A stretch of DNA of 64,000 nucleotides. Origin: Octopus sinensis. Taxonomy: Eukaryota. The notes beneath the pieces were generated by a model, which did not search any database, had not been told where the DNA came from, and worked only from the letters and a program-made list of their open reading frames with translations. Shown here one piece after another: positions 12,958 through 25,700 of this stretch (position 1 is the stretch's first letter; every line of letters begins with the position of its first letter). Location: the NCBI RefSeq assembly GCF_006345805.1, contig NC_043018.1, positions 13,206,001 to 13,270,000 on the forward strand, written 5' to 3'. The translations under genes and the position numbers were made by a program.

Positions 12958-13823
12958 AACTTCAGCTCTGTTCTATCTTAAAGGCTGGCTCTATTCACTC
13001 AGCCTTCCTTTGCTTGTCAGTCTTTCGACTCCTACAGGAAGGAAACCCATTTATGAAGAGAAGAGGCTAATTTATGTTTTTTGGAGACCAGCCAGTTAAC
13101 TACAGAAATTATCCATTGTAAATCTCTTTACTTTAAGCACTCCTCCTCCTCCTCCTCTTCTCGTTTCCCCCTCCAACCCACTCCACAACCAATACATGAC
13201 TCAGCTGCAGTTTATAAACTTCTCCTCTCCATCTCAATCCTTCTTTACTCTTCATCCTCTCTCTCTCTCTCTCTCTTCCCCCTCTCTCTCTCTTCCCCCT
13301 CTCTCTATTTGTTTCTCGGTTAGTTATGAATGAATATGTAATACCAAATTAATTTTTAAAATGCTGCTTATAAGGAAAGCCCAGTCAGCAGCCGCTCTTT
13401 CCTCTAACAGGAGTCAAAAAATAATTACACATTCACTGCCACCGTCTTCACTGTTATCACCACCACCACCACGATGGCCACCACTATTGTCAACCACCGA
13501 AGCCAATACTTCTCAACTGGGATCCATATGGCCCTTTGGGGGGGTCCATATAATATTTTTAGTTGTTAAAGTCTCTCTTTTACTTACTTCAGTAATTTTT
13601 TACTGTGGCCATGCTGGGGCACTGCTTTGAAGGGAGTTTTAGCTGAACAAATTGACCCCAGGACTTATTTTTTTAAAGCCTTGTACTTATTCTCTTGGTT
13701 TCTTTTGCTGAACCACTAAGTTATGGGAACGTAAACGCACCCACAACCAATTGTTGAGCAGTGGGGGAGGGGGAAAACACAGACACAAAGAGACACACAC
13801 ATACATACATACATACATACATA

Positions 13824-13862
<39 letters not shown>

Positions 13863-13908
13863 CACACAGATATACATACATTCACACATATATATAATTA
13901 AAATTAAT

Positions 13909-14164
13909 CAAAGGACATACCAAGTATGTCTATCTGCTGGAAATAACAGTCAAAACTCTTATTTAAATTGCCAAAATACACTGACAATAACTACAGAAAT
14001 CAACTGTCCGAAGCAGACGTACTTGAATGTATGCTGAGAGATTATCTGAGCTCTTTTGCCTTTGGACGATTGATTTCTGTAGCTATTATCAGTATATTTC
14101 GGCAATTTAAATAAGAGTTTTCACTGGTATCTCCAGCAGGTAGACATACTTAGTATGTCCATTG
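13909..14164. mobile_element. Fold-back MITE with ~100-bp terminal inverted repeats
   Basis: GGACATAC.AAGTATGTCTA.CTGCTGG...AAAACTCTTATTTAAATTGCC matches the reverse complement of ~14065-14160. Confidence 0.85.
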
Positions 14165-15149
14165 CTTTTTGGGGGCCTGCAATTGCCTATGTTGTTGATT
14201 CTATTATTATCATTTTTTAATTGTTACACTAGATAATAATACTAATAAAGTCAATGATATCTTTGCAAATTATTTTTCTTGTGAATTAGTTGTGAAGATT
14301 GAAACATACCCAGAGTTATCTCCTGTACTTATTGAAATGATTAAAGTATTATTCATTGAACTAACGTTACATTCTCCTCACCTCACAAGTATATTTAATT
14401 AGATTTTGATGCTCATTGCATTAAGTATGTTAGCACTTAATTAACTGTTGACAAACAGTAAAGTAACCGGGCCTAGTAGTTAGGATTTGGGGCTCATGAT
14501 CTGAAAGTCAAGATTCAATTCATGGTCCAAGCATGTCTTTGAATGAATCACTTCATTTAACATTGCACCAACCAAGTGCAGGGGCAGCCTTCTCTCACTC
14601 CCCACCCCCACCCCGGTCACATCCTGGATGTTTGGCTGGATCAAAAGTGTCCCTGTCTGCTTACAATTACCAAGGCATGTGACACAAGTCATGCTTGCTT
14701 GCAAGTGACAGCTGTAGTTACAGTTGACAGAAGCAAATGGTCACAAGCTTACAAAGTGAACTCCCTAACCACGTGGCCATACCGGTATCATCATCATCAT
14801 CATCATCATCATGCATCCATTTTCCATACTGACATGGTTTTATCAGAGCTGGTAAGGCCAGGGGCTGCAATAGGCTCTACTGTTTGTTCTGGCATGGTTT
14901 CTACAGCTGGATGCCCTTCCTAATGCCAACAGCTCCACAATCTGCTGTGGTGGATGGGTCTTCTTGGGTACTGCAATGTGCCAGACATCTTGGTCCTCAG
15001 TCACCTCTTTCATTAAAGCTTAGTGTCTTTGTACAATAATTAATCAGTCAATCAATTAATTAATTATCTAATAATTTTTTTTCTTCTTGTTATTTTCAGA
15101 TTTGAATTTGGGTGTTGATGAGACATTGAAACTGCGCCAGACTTCAAAT

Positions 15150-15350
15150 ATGGAATCCTCTAAAGAAAGCTTAAGTGCCTCCCGTGAAGCTTTGGATATT
15201 CTGATGGAGTTGTCAAACATTTTGAACACTGGCTTAGATTCTGAGACGTTATCCTTATGCATCCAGCTTTGTGAATCAGGGGTCAACCCAGATGCTCTTG
15301 CTGTTGTTATTCATGAGCTGCGGAGTGCTAAAAGGCAAATGGCTCAATGA
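15150..15350 (+). CDS. MZT1: Mitotic-spindle organizing protein 1 (MOZART1, gamma-TuRC subunit), 66 aa
   Basis: [58 protein letters not shown] matches the MZT1 signature (LNTGLD.ETLS.C..LCE.G.NP.AL..VI.ELR). Polypyrimidine plus AG acceptor at 15098-15099. An N-terminal extension from an upstream exon cannot be excluded. Confidence 0.93.
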   Translation: MESSKESLSASREALDILMELSNILNTGLDSETLSLCIQLCESGVNPDALAVVIHELRSAKRQMAQ

Positions 15351-15452
15351 ACTATATGGCAATGTTTTCGTTTTTTTTTTTTTTTCCTGCCATAACCCTA
15401 AAAACGTTGTTTCCTCTGATTAAGGAAATAGACTGACACTTTTAAATCATCC

Positions 15453-15458
15453 AATAAA
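15453..15458 (+). promoter_or_regulatory. Candidate MZT1 polyadenylation signal
   Basis: AATAAA about 100 nt after the stop codon, followed by U-rich sequence. Confidence 0.4.
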
Positions 15459-18400
15459 TTTTGTATATATATTTTTACATCAATTCTCAATATTATTTTT
15501 CTTCCTTTCTTATTACCAGTTAATCAGGGTGGTAAAGTAACCATGACTAATTTTTTTCCAGGAACTCTGAAACTGATGGAAGGGAGGAATTTGTGTTCAA
15601 GACAGAGACCTGGCTTGAATCCTTGCAATAGAGCGAACTATACTAAAGGTACCCAGGGTGGTAGTGTTAAACAATGGGGGTGGGGGTGGGGTGGATTGGG
15701 TGTACTGCCTAAGAGCTGAGAACATAAACGGCTGGATGGAACCAATAGCACATTGGTCCAACAATTTAGCCAATCCACCCCTCTAGACAGAGTGAAAAGG
15801 GTTTTGTTTTTTCTCGTTTTTGAGAACTTTGTCAGAGGAACAGAGCTCATAGCCCTTGACCCCCCACCATATACCTAACTGCAGTTGCTGTGTATCCTTA
15901 GGTCATTCCTGTGATCAAAAGCTTTCTAATCATGATCATCACTTCTTTTTTGCGACAGGTATTGCATCTCTAATTATTAAATTTATTCACTGTGTTTTTG
16001 ATCCTCTGCTAGATGAGCCTTCAGTCATGCCATTGCTTCCTTCATCATCATCATCATCATTTAATGCCTGCTTTCCATACTGGCATGGGTTGGACGATTT
16101 GACTGAGGTCTGGTGAACCAGATGGCTGCACCAGGCTCCAATCTTGATCTGGCAGAGTTTCTACAGCTGGATGCCCTTCCTAACACCAACCACTCCGAGA
16201 GTGTAGTGGGTGCTTTTTACATGCCACCGGCATTGTGAAAAGGGACACAAGCACAATGCACAAATGGTTAACCTTGACACTGTGGCTATCACAGCCATCA
16301 CACCTTATAATCGTGTTGATTCTAATGTTAGTTTGGATTACACAACTATTCATGATCTCTTTGTTTTAACTCTCATGGCTGTATTGATCATACTAATGGT
16401 TATCATAATGCCCCTTATATAACTCTATTAGTTCTGGCATTAATCAACTCTCTCTGCCATACTTAAATGGCACAGATCACACTGACAACCAATTGTCCCC
16501 TAAATTGTGTAAGTTCAAAAATAAATCTATGTCCTATTAACATATGTTGCTTAACTGCATAGAAATAAGCTCCACCTCATGTAACTTTAAAGAGAGACTT
16601 TACAACCATTCTTTTTCTTTCAGAAATTAAGATAAGGCTTGGGTTATGTCACTTGCAGAAAAAAATTTGGGAATTAAAAGATAAAAAAATTAAATTCCAC
16701 ATTACCTGGAATATTATGGAAGAAGCATTACCATAGTCAAATGACAGCTACAGGTACCTGCAGAAGTTTAGACAGAAATGTTTACCTAATATTAGAAGTA
16801 CATTTTCACACTTTAAACCTGTCACTTAATCTCCTACTAACAACTTCTCTTAACGTAGTTGTATGTATTATATAAAGGCTGTCAGTATTAGTTGAGAAAT
16901 TTCTTACTCTATATGATAAGCCTCCTCATTGAGAATTCTTAGTAATCTTTATCTAATAAAGAGTGAAATATTTGGTAATCCAGTGTACGGCTTCCAAACA
17001 ATAAGTCTTATTTATCTATTATTTATTATTTAATTATTGTATCTTGTTTATTCTAATGCCGCTTGATATTATATTATATATAGCTATAAAGACTAGGGTT
17101 GTGTGTGTTTGTAGAAATGTGTATGAACACACAAGCAGGAACATGTAGATGTATGATTAGCTGTAGATAGAAAAAAATATATAGGTATATGTATACATGT
17201 GTGTGTGTGTGTGTGTGTGTAGTTGTATGTATATACATATGTCGGGTTATGTGTGTTCATGTATATATGGACATGTAAATGTGGATTGTCTACATATGTG
17301 TGTGTATGTGTATACATTTACATGATTGAGTGGATATATTTACTTATGAGGCATAAATATATATGTATGTGTGGGTGCGTGTGTGTGTGTGTTCATATGA
17401 TTATGTGTAATATGGGGGCATACATTCGTGTGTGTGTGTTTAAACTCTGCAAAGACCTGTCAAGGCAAGTGAAATCAAATTTGATGACTGGCATCCGTGC
17501 TAGTGGAGCACTAAGAGCACCATCCAAGCGTGATCGTTGCCAGAGCAGCTGACTGGCTTCCGTTCCAGTGGCACATAAAAAGCACCATCCAAGCGTGATC
17601 GGTACTTGCATCGCCTTACTTTCACTTGTGCCAGTGGCAGGTGAAAAAACATTCGAGCGAGGTCATTGCCAGTGCTGCTGGACTGGCTCCTGTGTAGGTG
17701 GCACGTAAAAAACACCATTTGAGCGTGGCCGTTGCCAGTACCGCCTGAATGGCACTCGTGCCGGTGGCACATAAAAGCACCCAGTACACTCTCAGAATGG
17801 TTGGCGTTAGGAAGGGCATCCTGCTGTAGAATCTCTGCCAGATCGGATTGAAGCCTGGTGCAGACATCTGGTTCGCCAGACCTCCATCCAATCGTCCAAC
17901 CCATGCTAGCATGGAAAGTGGATGTTAAATGATGATGATGTATTACATACATATAAAAAATTTTGTCTCATGACTAAGTGTAATAGGTATGTACTAAAGG
18001 GGTTAGGTTGGTTTACTATTAAAACTCCAACTTGAACTGCAACTGAAACAAAAGTGATGGCTATAAGTGGTTCATCATTGAGTGGATAGGTATATATTAG
18101 AAAGAGGAAATGAACAAGCAAGATGTGTTGTCGCTTAAGCTTTCGATGAACTGGTAACTACTAAGATTCTTTATTAAGGATTCTCCTTGCTTCTTTCTCT
18201 CAGAAGATAGAATAGTTGACTTACATAGAAGGCTTTTCTCAGTGATATATGTTCAACAAGCTCAGCTGTTTTAGAAACAGCTGTAGGAGGCGTTTATGCA
18301 TTATTTCTTAATCCCTTATTTATTATAACTACTCTGCAGTTATGTTTGAATTATAAAATGACATACTTGTTCGTTCTCTCTTTCTAATGTGTATGTATGT

Positions 18401-18574
18401 GGGTGGGTGTGTATATGTATGTATATATATATATATATATATGTATGTACGAGCAAAATGCCCCCTGTCCAATGGATGGTGCTGAGTTGTCAAACATTTG
18501 AACCTAATTTTCTCAAAACAACTTGTCCGACCATTCCATTGGCCTCCCCTTTGAGAAACACTGATTTAACCTAA

Positions 18575-18810
18575 ATTTGAGACACCAGCAAAAGACGGAT
18601 TTCGACCGATGTACTTGCGTGTACAAATGCACGTTCCCACGGCTTTATCGATCGCATTCTCACCTGGAATCGATTTTTGTAATTTTTTCAAGACTTATAT
18701 ACGCCCTGATACCGTCGGTATCTACACATCAAATTTCAGCGCAATCAGATGGAGGATGCCCAAGATCCTAGAAAACACACAGACAGACAGAACGGATTTT
18801 ATATAATAGA
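18575..18810 (-). mobile_element. Helitron-like 5' fragment, same family as 3569
   Basis: Reverse complement of 3569-3800, with TC terminus at 18810. Confidence 0.65.
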
Positions 18811-18829
18811 TATGTGATAGATTTCAGAA

Positions 18830-19400
18830 GGAGATATAGGGCCCATCTGAATTCCTTTTCACACCCTAAGTATACAAATTTCTCTACCTAATGGCCTATA
18901 TAAATAAACCCAAGGATAGTAACTTGCTTTATGACCCCTCATGGTTCATAATTGTGAGGGCTTCCCCATATGGCAATGGTTCTATGGTTCTGGTAGGTGT
19001 ACATTGTAAGTGAATCATATCTAATCCTTAAATTATATAACGCTATTATATTAAATAAGTTTTCAGACGTGATCCCCCTTGCATAGCCATAAATTTCACT
19101 CTACATTTCTAACAACCTATAAAATTAGATCTACTAGGTTACTGAATTAGAATAATGTTTATCGGTATAATTGCAATTCCTGAATATTTAGATTCTTCTA
19201 CTCAAACATAGGATCATTTGCATACGAGCTGCAAAACAATTTATTAGGAATTTTTGATTCTGTTAGATTCATAGTATGAAATTTACCAAGGAGGACATCA
19301 CCCTGATGAAGGGAACATTGCATATATGGAGCATTTAATTTTTAACCATGACCAGTAATGTATCTCCGAAACAGCCGTAGATGGAACATCCTCCAATTTT
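18830..19400 (+). mobile_element. Penelope-like element 3' remnant with a downstream hammerhead motif
   Basis: WFIIVRASPYGNGS and LNKFSDVIP resemble the PLE GIY-YIG C-terminus; CTGATGA at 19303-19309 and GAAAC-AGCC-GTA at 19368-19379. Confidence 0.55.
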
Positions 19401-19649
19401 GGGATCCTACTTTATTTATACTTCTCTTAACCTTGATATCTAGCATAATTGCTATCTTATACTCAATGTGTATAAGTGATTTTGAGACGATTTAGGCAGT
19501 TTGCCACTTTAAAAGTTGATGCTTTTATTCCTATATTTAGCAACCTCTCATTCATTTTTCACCTCCTCTATTCATCATGCATAACTCCTTACAAGTAAAT
19601 TTTATTCATATGTAATTTCATATGTATTTTTATATATTTTTATAAAAAT

Positions 19650-19950
19650 GATAAACGTCGCCCTTTTCAAGCCTAGCCAGGCTCATGGGTCCGGTTTCTG
19701 TGGCGTATGTGTTCCCCCCCAGCTGGACAGGACACCAGTCCATCGCAGCGTTACTCAAGAAACAGGAAGCAAGAGTGAGAGAAAGTTGGGGTGAAAGAGT
19801 ACAGCAGGGGTTGCCACCACCCCCTGCTGGAGCCTCGTGGAGCTTTTTAGGTGTTTTCGCTCAATAAACACACACAATGCTCGGTCTGGGAATCGAAACC
19901 GCGATCATCCGACCGCGAGTCCACTGCCCTAACCACTGGGCCATTGCACC
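19650..19950 (-). mobile_element. SINE family H, tail type 2
   Basis: Same head and core as 3198 with an unrelated 3' ~120 bp. Confidence 0.85.
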
Positions 19951-20209
19951 TCCACAATATTTTTATATTTTTTCTATATTCTTATGTATGTTTGGTCTTA
20001 TTCTTTAAACCGTTGGAGAATCTTCGTGCCTGTAAATGCAGGATTTATGTTCCACTTTGAATGAATGTTTTCATGGATGCGTTCGGGAATCCATTCGACT
20101 GCTTATGATTTGTGTTGTCAATTCTCTCTACTCTTGTATCTTTTTGCATTGGCTCTTTATGAGCACTCTGTAAATAGCCCATACATTTTAAAACACACTT
20201 AATATTATA

Positions 20210-20505
20210 TATATGTGTGTGTGTGTCTGTATATATATATTAATATGTCTGTGTATGTATATATATATATATATGTGTGTGTGTGTGCGTGTATGTATAT
20301 ATATATGTGTGTGTGTGTGTGTGTATTTATATATATGTCTGTGTCTGTATATATTTATATATATATATATGTCTGTGTATGTATATATATATATGTTGTG
20401 TGTGTGTGTGTGTATTTATATATGTCTGTGTCTGTATATATTTATATATATATATATATATATGTCTGTGTATGTATATATATATATGTGTGTGTGTGTG
20501 TGTTG
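20210..20505. repeat. Compound (TA)/(TG) microsatellite
   Basis: Direct; it explains the CV/YI ORFs in this interval. Confidence 0.95.
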
Positions 20506-20739
20506 TTATTTCTCAAAGTTAAGTTGATGATCTCCCAATTATAATTGCTCTCAAAATTGAATTGAATTAATAATCTTCGTGTGCATTTGAATGTGTGTGT
20601 AGTGTTTGTGATTGTGTATATATTTATATAGTAGTGAGTGAACAGGCGTATATCCATAATCTGTCCCAATGTTAAAATCAATAATCTTCCTTTGCAATTT
20701 TTAAATGTCACTCAGATTAAAGTTGTACATAATGGTTGT

Positions 20740-20830
20740 CAGCAGCAACATCAACAGCAGCAACATCAACAGCAGCAACATCAACAGCAGCAACATCAGC
20801 AACATCAACAGCAGCTATTGTTGCTGCTGC
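20740..20830. repeat. CAGCAACATCAACAG-type 15-mer tandem repeat followed by (TGC)n
   Basis: About five imperfect units. Confidence 0.85.
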
Positions 20831-21329
20831 TGCTGTCTCTCTTGAAGGTGGCGGATAAGACTTAGAATATATGACATGAACAACTAGAACAGATGCAGTG
20901 CTAATGCTACATAAATATGCAATGGTAGAGACAGGACAAATGTTTTAAGATGTGAGGGCCTTCATACATGGTCTGGAGTTTATGACTACAGAACAAGCAA
21001 ACCCTGTGAGTCGGGTTTAGCTGCAACTTCATTAGCATCTCAACTGACAAATGAGTCTCTACTGATGTTGTCGACTGACTGAAGATAGCAGCTAAATCTC
21101 CCGCAAATCATGCCAGTAAAATTTTCACTCAAGGAAGGACTTGTTGATTAATGTAGTTCTGAGTTAAATTATCTGGTTTCACATCTCTCTTCAGGCCCAT
21201 GTCACTCGATAGGAAGGTGTGGCTTGCACCTCTTTCACAAAGTTCTCTTTCTCCTGCCAGCCTGGTCTCATTGAAGCTGGTCGCTCAGGTCAGAGGCGAA
21301 TGGCAACCTTGCATAGCAAACAGGATTGC

Positions 21330-21670
21330 AACAGCTGTGCAATACAGGCTGACTAGGAAAACCTGTTCCATCAAATCCTCAACTACCATCACCATTCCCT
21401 GTCCACTCTACCAAAACACTTTCTGGACATGGCTTGACCCGATCAGCTATCAACGGGCCCATAAAGCCAAACCCCTCAATGACTGGATGGCCCTTGTCAC
21501 TCTGACTGATGAACACCATAGATAAATTATCTGAAAAGAGAGAATTGTCTTCTGATCACAGGTGGCGAGGAGCAGCCTGGGGCTAAAAAAGCAACTATAG
21601 CCATGAAGAAAAATGTTCTGAAAGTAAGAGGAAAGTAATTGAGGAAAGCATAATCATTGCCAAACGTACA
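21330..21670 (+). mobile_element. Decayed Penelope-like GIY-YIG remnant
   Basis: TITIPC...EHHR*IIWKERIV...SKRKVIEESIII across frameshifts resembles the PLE endonuclease layout. Confidence 0.45.
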
Positions 21671-21722
21671 AACCCAATCAACATTCTGTCCACGACCTCG
21701 ACTTTCTCCGACCACCACCACC

Positions 21723-21754
<32 letters not shown>

Positions 21755-21882
21755 GTTAACAGTCTTTTTTAGCTGTCATGAGTTTATTGTTGTTATTTTG
21801 CCCCACTTCAGCATTGGTTTACACACCTATGACCAAGAAGCAGTCTGACCATGACAATCTAGACTTCTTTTATATATATATA

Positions 21883-22395
21883 CTAGCAGTATCGCCCGGC
21901 GTTGCTCGGGTTTGTAAGGGAAATAACTATATAAGCATTTTTAGAGAGTTACTTCCCTTATAGATGCCAATTCGGGCTTTCTTAGCCATTTCTGTTTTGG
22001 TGTCTTCAAGCCATGAAGTCGTTGTTCTAAAAGAACGCTGGTCTCCTTGACAACGCTTTACGACGTTGATTTCCTTACACTCCCTTCCCCACAGCTTCAC
22101 GAGGGAGGGAAGAAGGGGGAGAAGCAAACAGGTGCAGGTGTGACCGTGGACGCCAACTCCGCCGCCATCGACACACGAAAAATTATGCATTAAAATGGAA
22201 TAAAAAATGATGTTAAATTATTTTTAAAATCGTAGACTCATCGTAGACGCGCGCTAATACTCAGACGGGCTCGATATGAATCCCGACTATAAGATACCCG
22301 AATTTGGTTAAACTGCACCACAAAATGTGGGAGTAGTTAGGAATCTAAAACGAAGGGGACAGACACTCACACAACTACAGTTTTATATATATAGA
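21883..22395 (-). mobile_element. Complete non-autonomous Helitron-like element (~510 bp)
   Basis: Minus strand has a 5' A|TC at 22395, a 3' CTAG|T at 21883-21886 and a subterminal GC hairpin CCCGAGCAACGCCGGG. Confidence 0.8.
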
Positions 22396-22518
22396 TATAT
22401 ATGGGCAAATCTCTTCTACTATAGCTTTGAGCCAACCAAAGCATTGTAAGTGGATTTGGTCGATGGAAACTGAAAGAAGTCTGTTGTATATGCATGTATG
22501 TATGTACATATATATGCA

Positions 22519-23722
22519 CATGGTGTGTAAGATATTTGAGGACAGATTTATGTTTATAAAAAAACAGATAATAACTTTATTTATCAAAAAATGCTGTGAA
22601 GTTGAAAATAAACCTTCTTTTCTATAATATTATTCAATAAAGCCACCTTCAGTTTCAATAACTGCTTCATTATGAGATCTAAATCATCTACATGCTCAAA
22701 TCAAGTGGTCCTGGTTCATTTTGGACATTACTCTGACTATGGCAGCTTTCAAAGAATCTTTGGTGTTATGGGTGTGTGCATTGACCTCTCTCTCAACAAC
22801 GCTCCACATATAAGTCCAATGGATTGAGATCTGGGGAATTAGAAGGCCAAATGTTAGGGGCTATGTGACCATGAAAATTTTCAGCCATCCATTCCTGTGT
22901 TACTAGAGCCATGTATGATAGTACGGAGTCTTACTGAAACCCATATGGCCTTCCATTGCATACACTGTCTATCCAGGGCTTAACAATTGTTTCTAGGACC
23001 TCAATGTAGGCGGCAGAGTTGACTCACATGTCCTTCATTGCTGACAACCCCTAAAACCATGATAGTTGCAGGAAATTTTGTAATTTTGTATGCATAACAC
23101 TTGGAACTTTAGAAGGGTCTTCACATAACCATCTGTCATTTCTTCTGTTAACTCTTGATCTTGGTCAAAGTTTTTCTTGTTTGAGAAAAACCAAATCAAA
23201 TATTCTTCTGCTGGATTTTTCAGTTTTTTAAGAGCCTTTTAGATCTAATGTAGTGATTTTCTTTTGCTTTTTCTGACAAACTTACCTTTCCTCATCATAT
23301 AAGACTTATATCTGATGTCTTTGTAGACAACATTCGTGGACTGTTCCTTCAGATGCATGAAGATCTTTTACAATTGACCTCATAGACTTTCTGGGATGGG
23401 ATTGTAATCAATGGTCTGTTGAACTTGCTGGATAAATTCAGGTGTTCTGATGATTTCAGAGCATTTAGAATGCTTTTTATACTTCGATACTGGTGATACA
23501 TTTCCATCTTCAGTCTCTGTACAAACTTTGTAGACGAAAGATCTGGCAACTTTTAAAATTGCTATGCTCAGCCTTTATAACCACAATAACAGCATACCTC
23601 TTCATTTCTTGAGTAAGCTATGGGTCTGCCATTATCATTTTCTGAAATAAAGATTATGCAGAGTTAGCAAAAAATGCAGCAATGACCCAAAAAAGGTATG
23701 TCCTCAAATACCTTACAACCTG
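22519..23722 (-). mobile_element. Tc1/mariner (maT/DD37D-like) element, decayed, with both TIRs
   Basis: Colinear with 57034-58289; TIR GTAAG.TATTTGAGGACA at both ends; WPPNSPDLNPLD motif on the minus strand. Confidence 0.85.
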
Positions 23723-24702
23723 TATATATGTATGTATATATGTAAATATCTATGTGTGTGTGTGTCTTTGTGTCTATGTTTGTCCCCAAACCATCATTTG
23801 ACAACTGATGTTGGTGTGTTTATGTCTCTGTAACTTAGCAGTTTGGCAAAAGAGACTAATAGAATAAGTACTGGGCTTATAAAGAATAAGTCCTGCGATC
23901 AATTTATACAACTAAAAATCCTTGAAAGCGGTGCTCCAGTATGGCTGCTGTCAAACGACTGAAACAAGTAACAGAGTATGGCTGTGTAGTGGAGAAGTTC
24001 TCTTTACAAACCACATTGTTTTGGATTCAGTCTCACAGCAGGGGGCACCTTAGACAAGTATCTTCTGCTATAGCCAGAAGTTTACAAATGCCTTCATCCA
24101 CATCATTATTTAGCATCAGTATTCCATGCTGGCATCGGTTGGACAGTTTGACAGGATCCAACAGGTCAGAAGACTGTATCTAGCTCCAGGGTCTGTTTCA
24201 GTATAGTTCTTATGGCTGGGTGCCCTACCTAATGCCAGCTACTTTACAGAGTGTACAGGGTGCATTTTTCTTGATACCAACACTAATGAGGTTGCCAAGC
24301 AGCTTGCTAGGCATGATCCCTTGATTTAGAGCAATTTAGGAGGTGACTTATGCCTGAGGTTGATAGAGGAATGGGAACAGGTGAGTGATAGAAGCTGAAA
24401 GCCTCCCATAGGTGTGTTTTGTTTCCTTATGTCCTCGTTTACGCTGCTAGAGTGCAAAAAGGTGTTTTTTACAGGAATTTTGCTTATTGGAAATGTAGTT
24501 TCAGTAACTCCATCGTTTTCAATGTTGAAAGACCAGTGAAACGAGAAAATAACTGATTTGGAAAATAGATAAGAGCTGATGGCGAGAAGAGCATCCGGCT
24601 GCAACAGGTTTCAATTTACTCATGCCAGCATTGGACATAAATGCAATGCTAATGATTTGTGTGTATGCGTGTGTGTGTGTGTGTGTACACCCTGTATATA
24701 TA

Positions 24703-25000
24703 CAGGGTGTTCAGGCTAAATTTGACTGTTTACACAAAAGGAAAAGTAAACACAATATCTTGTCCAAATATAAAAATATTTTTAAAAATCGAAAATTATC
24801 AACTGGATTATTGCCAGGAAGAAAACAATTTACACAGATTCTCCATGGCTTCAAGACGGCTCCAGAACCTGGTGCATGCATTCCTCAATGCGTTTCAAGG
24901 AAGATTGAATGCCTCCTCCTATAGATTTAGTTGGTGGTCTTGTTATCTATTCTAGCTTTTGGTGAAGTAGAAGAGGTTAGAAAGGGTCAAGTGGTGAAGA
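24703..25000 (-). mobile_element. maT-like transposon end remnant
   Basis: TA|CAGGGTGT terminus; minus-strand EEAFNLP*NALRNACTRFWSRLEAME resembles the transposase C-terminus. Confidence 0.55.
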
Positions 25001-25354
25001 CATTATTTCGGCCTTGCTAAAGGCATCTGGGAAATGTAAAACTGCTGTCAGAGAAAAACCATTGTTCCACCGTGGGAAAAGTTCTGCTGCTGTGTTAATT
25101 TAAATTTGGCTATGGTGGATCGAATCCACTTCATGCATGCAAGATCCACTACATATATATATATATATAAATTGTTATAATTATGAGTATAATTATAAGA
25201 ATTTTTGTTTAAGTTTACTGATAATGGTTCTTTTAACATGCCGAACTACTTGGTAAAATTATTAATTAATTAATTAATTAATTAATTTTACCCTTTATTA
25301 TTATTGATTTTATATATATCATCATCGTCGTTTAGCATCCGTTTTCCATGCTAG

Positions 25355-25534
25355 AATGGGTTATATATATATATATATATATACATACATACTTTTTATA
25401 TAAGTATATATACATACATATATATATACATTTTATATAAGTATATATATATATATACATATTTTTTTATATAAGTATATATATATACATACATACTTTT
25501 TATATAAGTATATATATATACTTATATAAAAAAA

Positions 25535-25567
<33 letters not shown>

Positions 25568-25700
25568 CTTATATAAAATGTATATATATATATGTATGTA
25601 TATATACTTATATAAAATGTATATATATATATAAACCTTCCCGTTATATATATATACATACATACTTTTTATATAAGTATATATATATATATATACTTTT
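25355..25700. repeat. TA-rich minisatellite with an internal inversion
   Basis: TTTTATATAAGTATATA units followed by the reverse-complement units. Confidence 0.85.

Noticed and set aside
16210-16422. Short ORF with a hydrophobic C-terminal stretch
   Set aside because: It starts inside a family B SINE and shows no homology or exon boundaries.
17480-17790. CRISPR-like repeat-spacer appearance
   Set aside because: The units are degenerate, the spacers are related to each other, the array is part of a SINE in eukaryotic DNA, and there are no cas genes.
20638-20865. PolyQ/H ORF
   Set aside because: It is a simple tandem repeat with no recognisable domain or convincing splice context.
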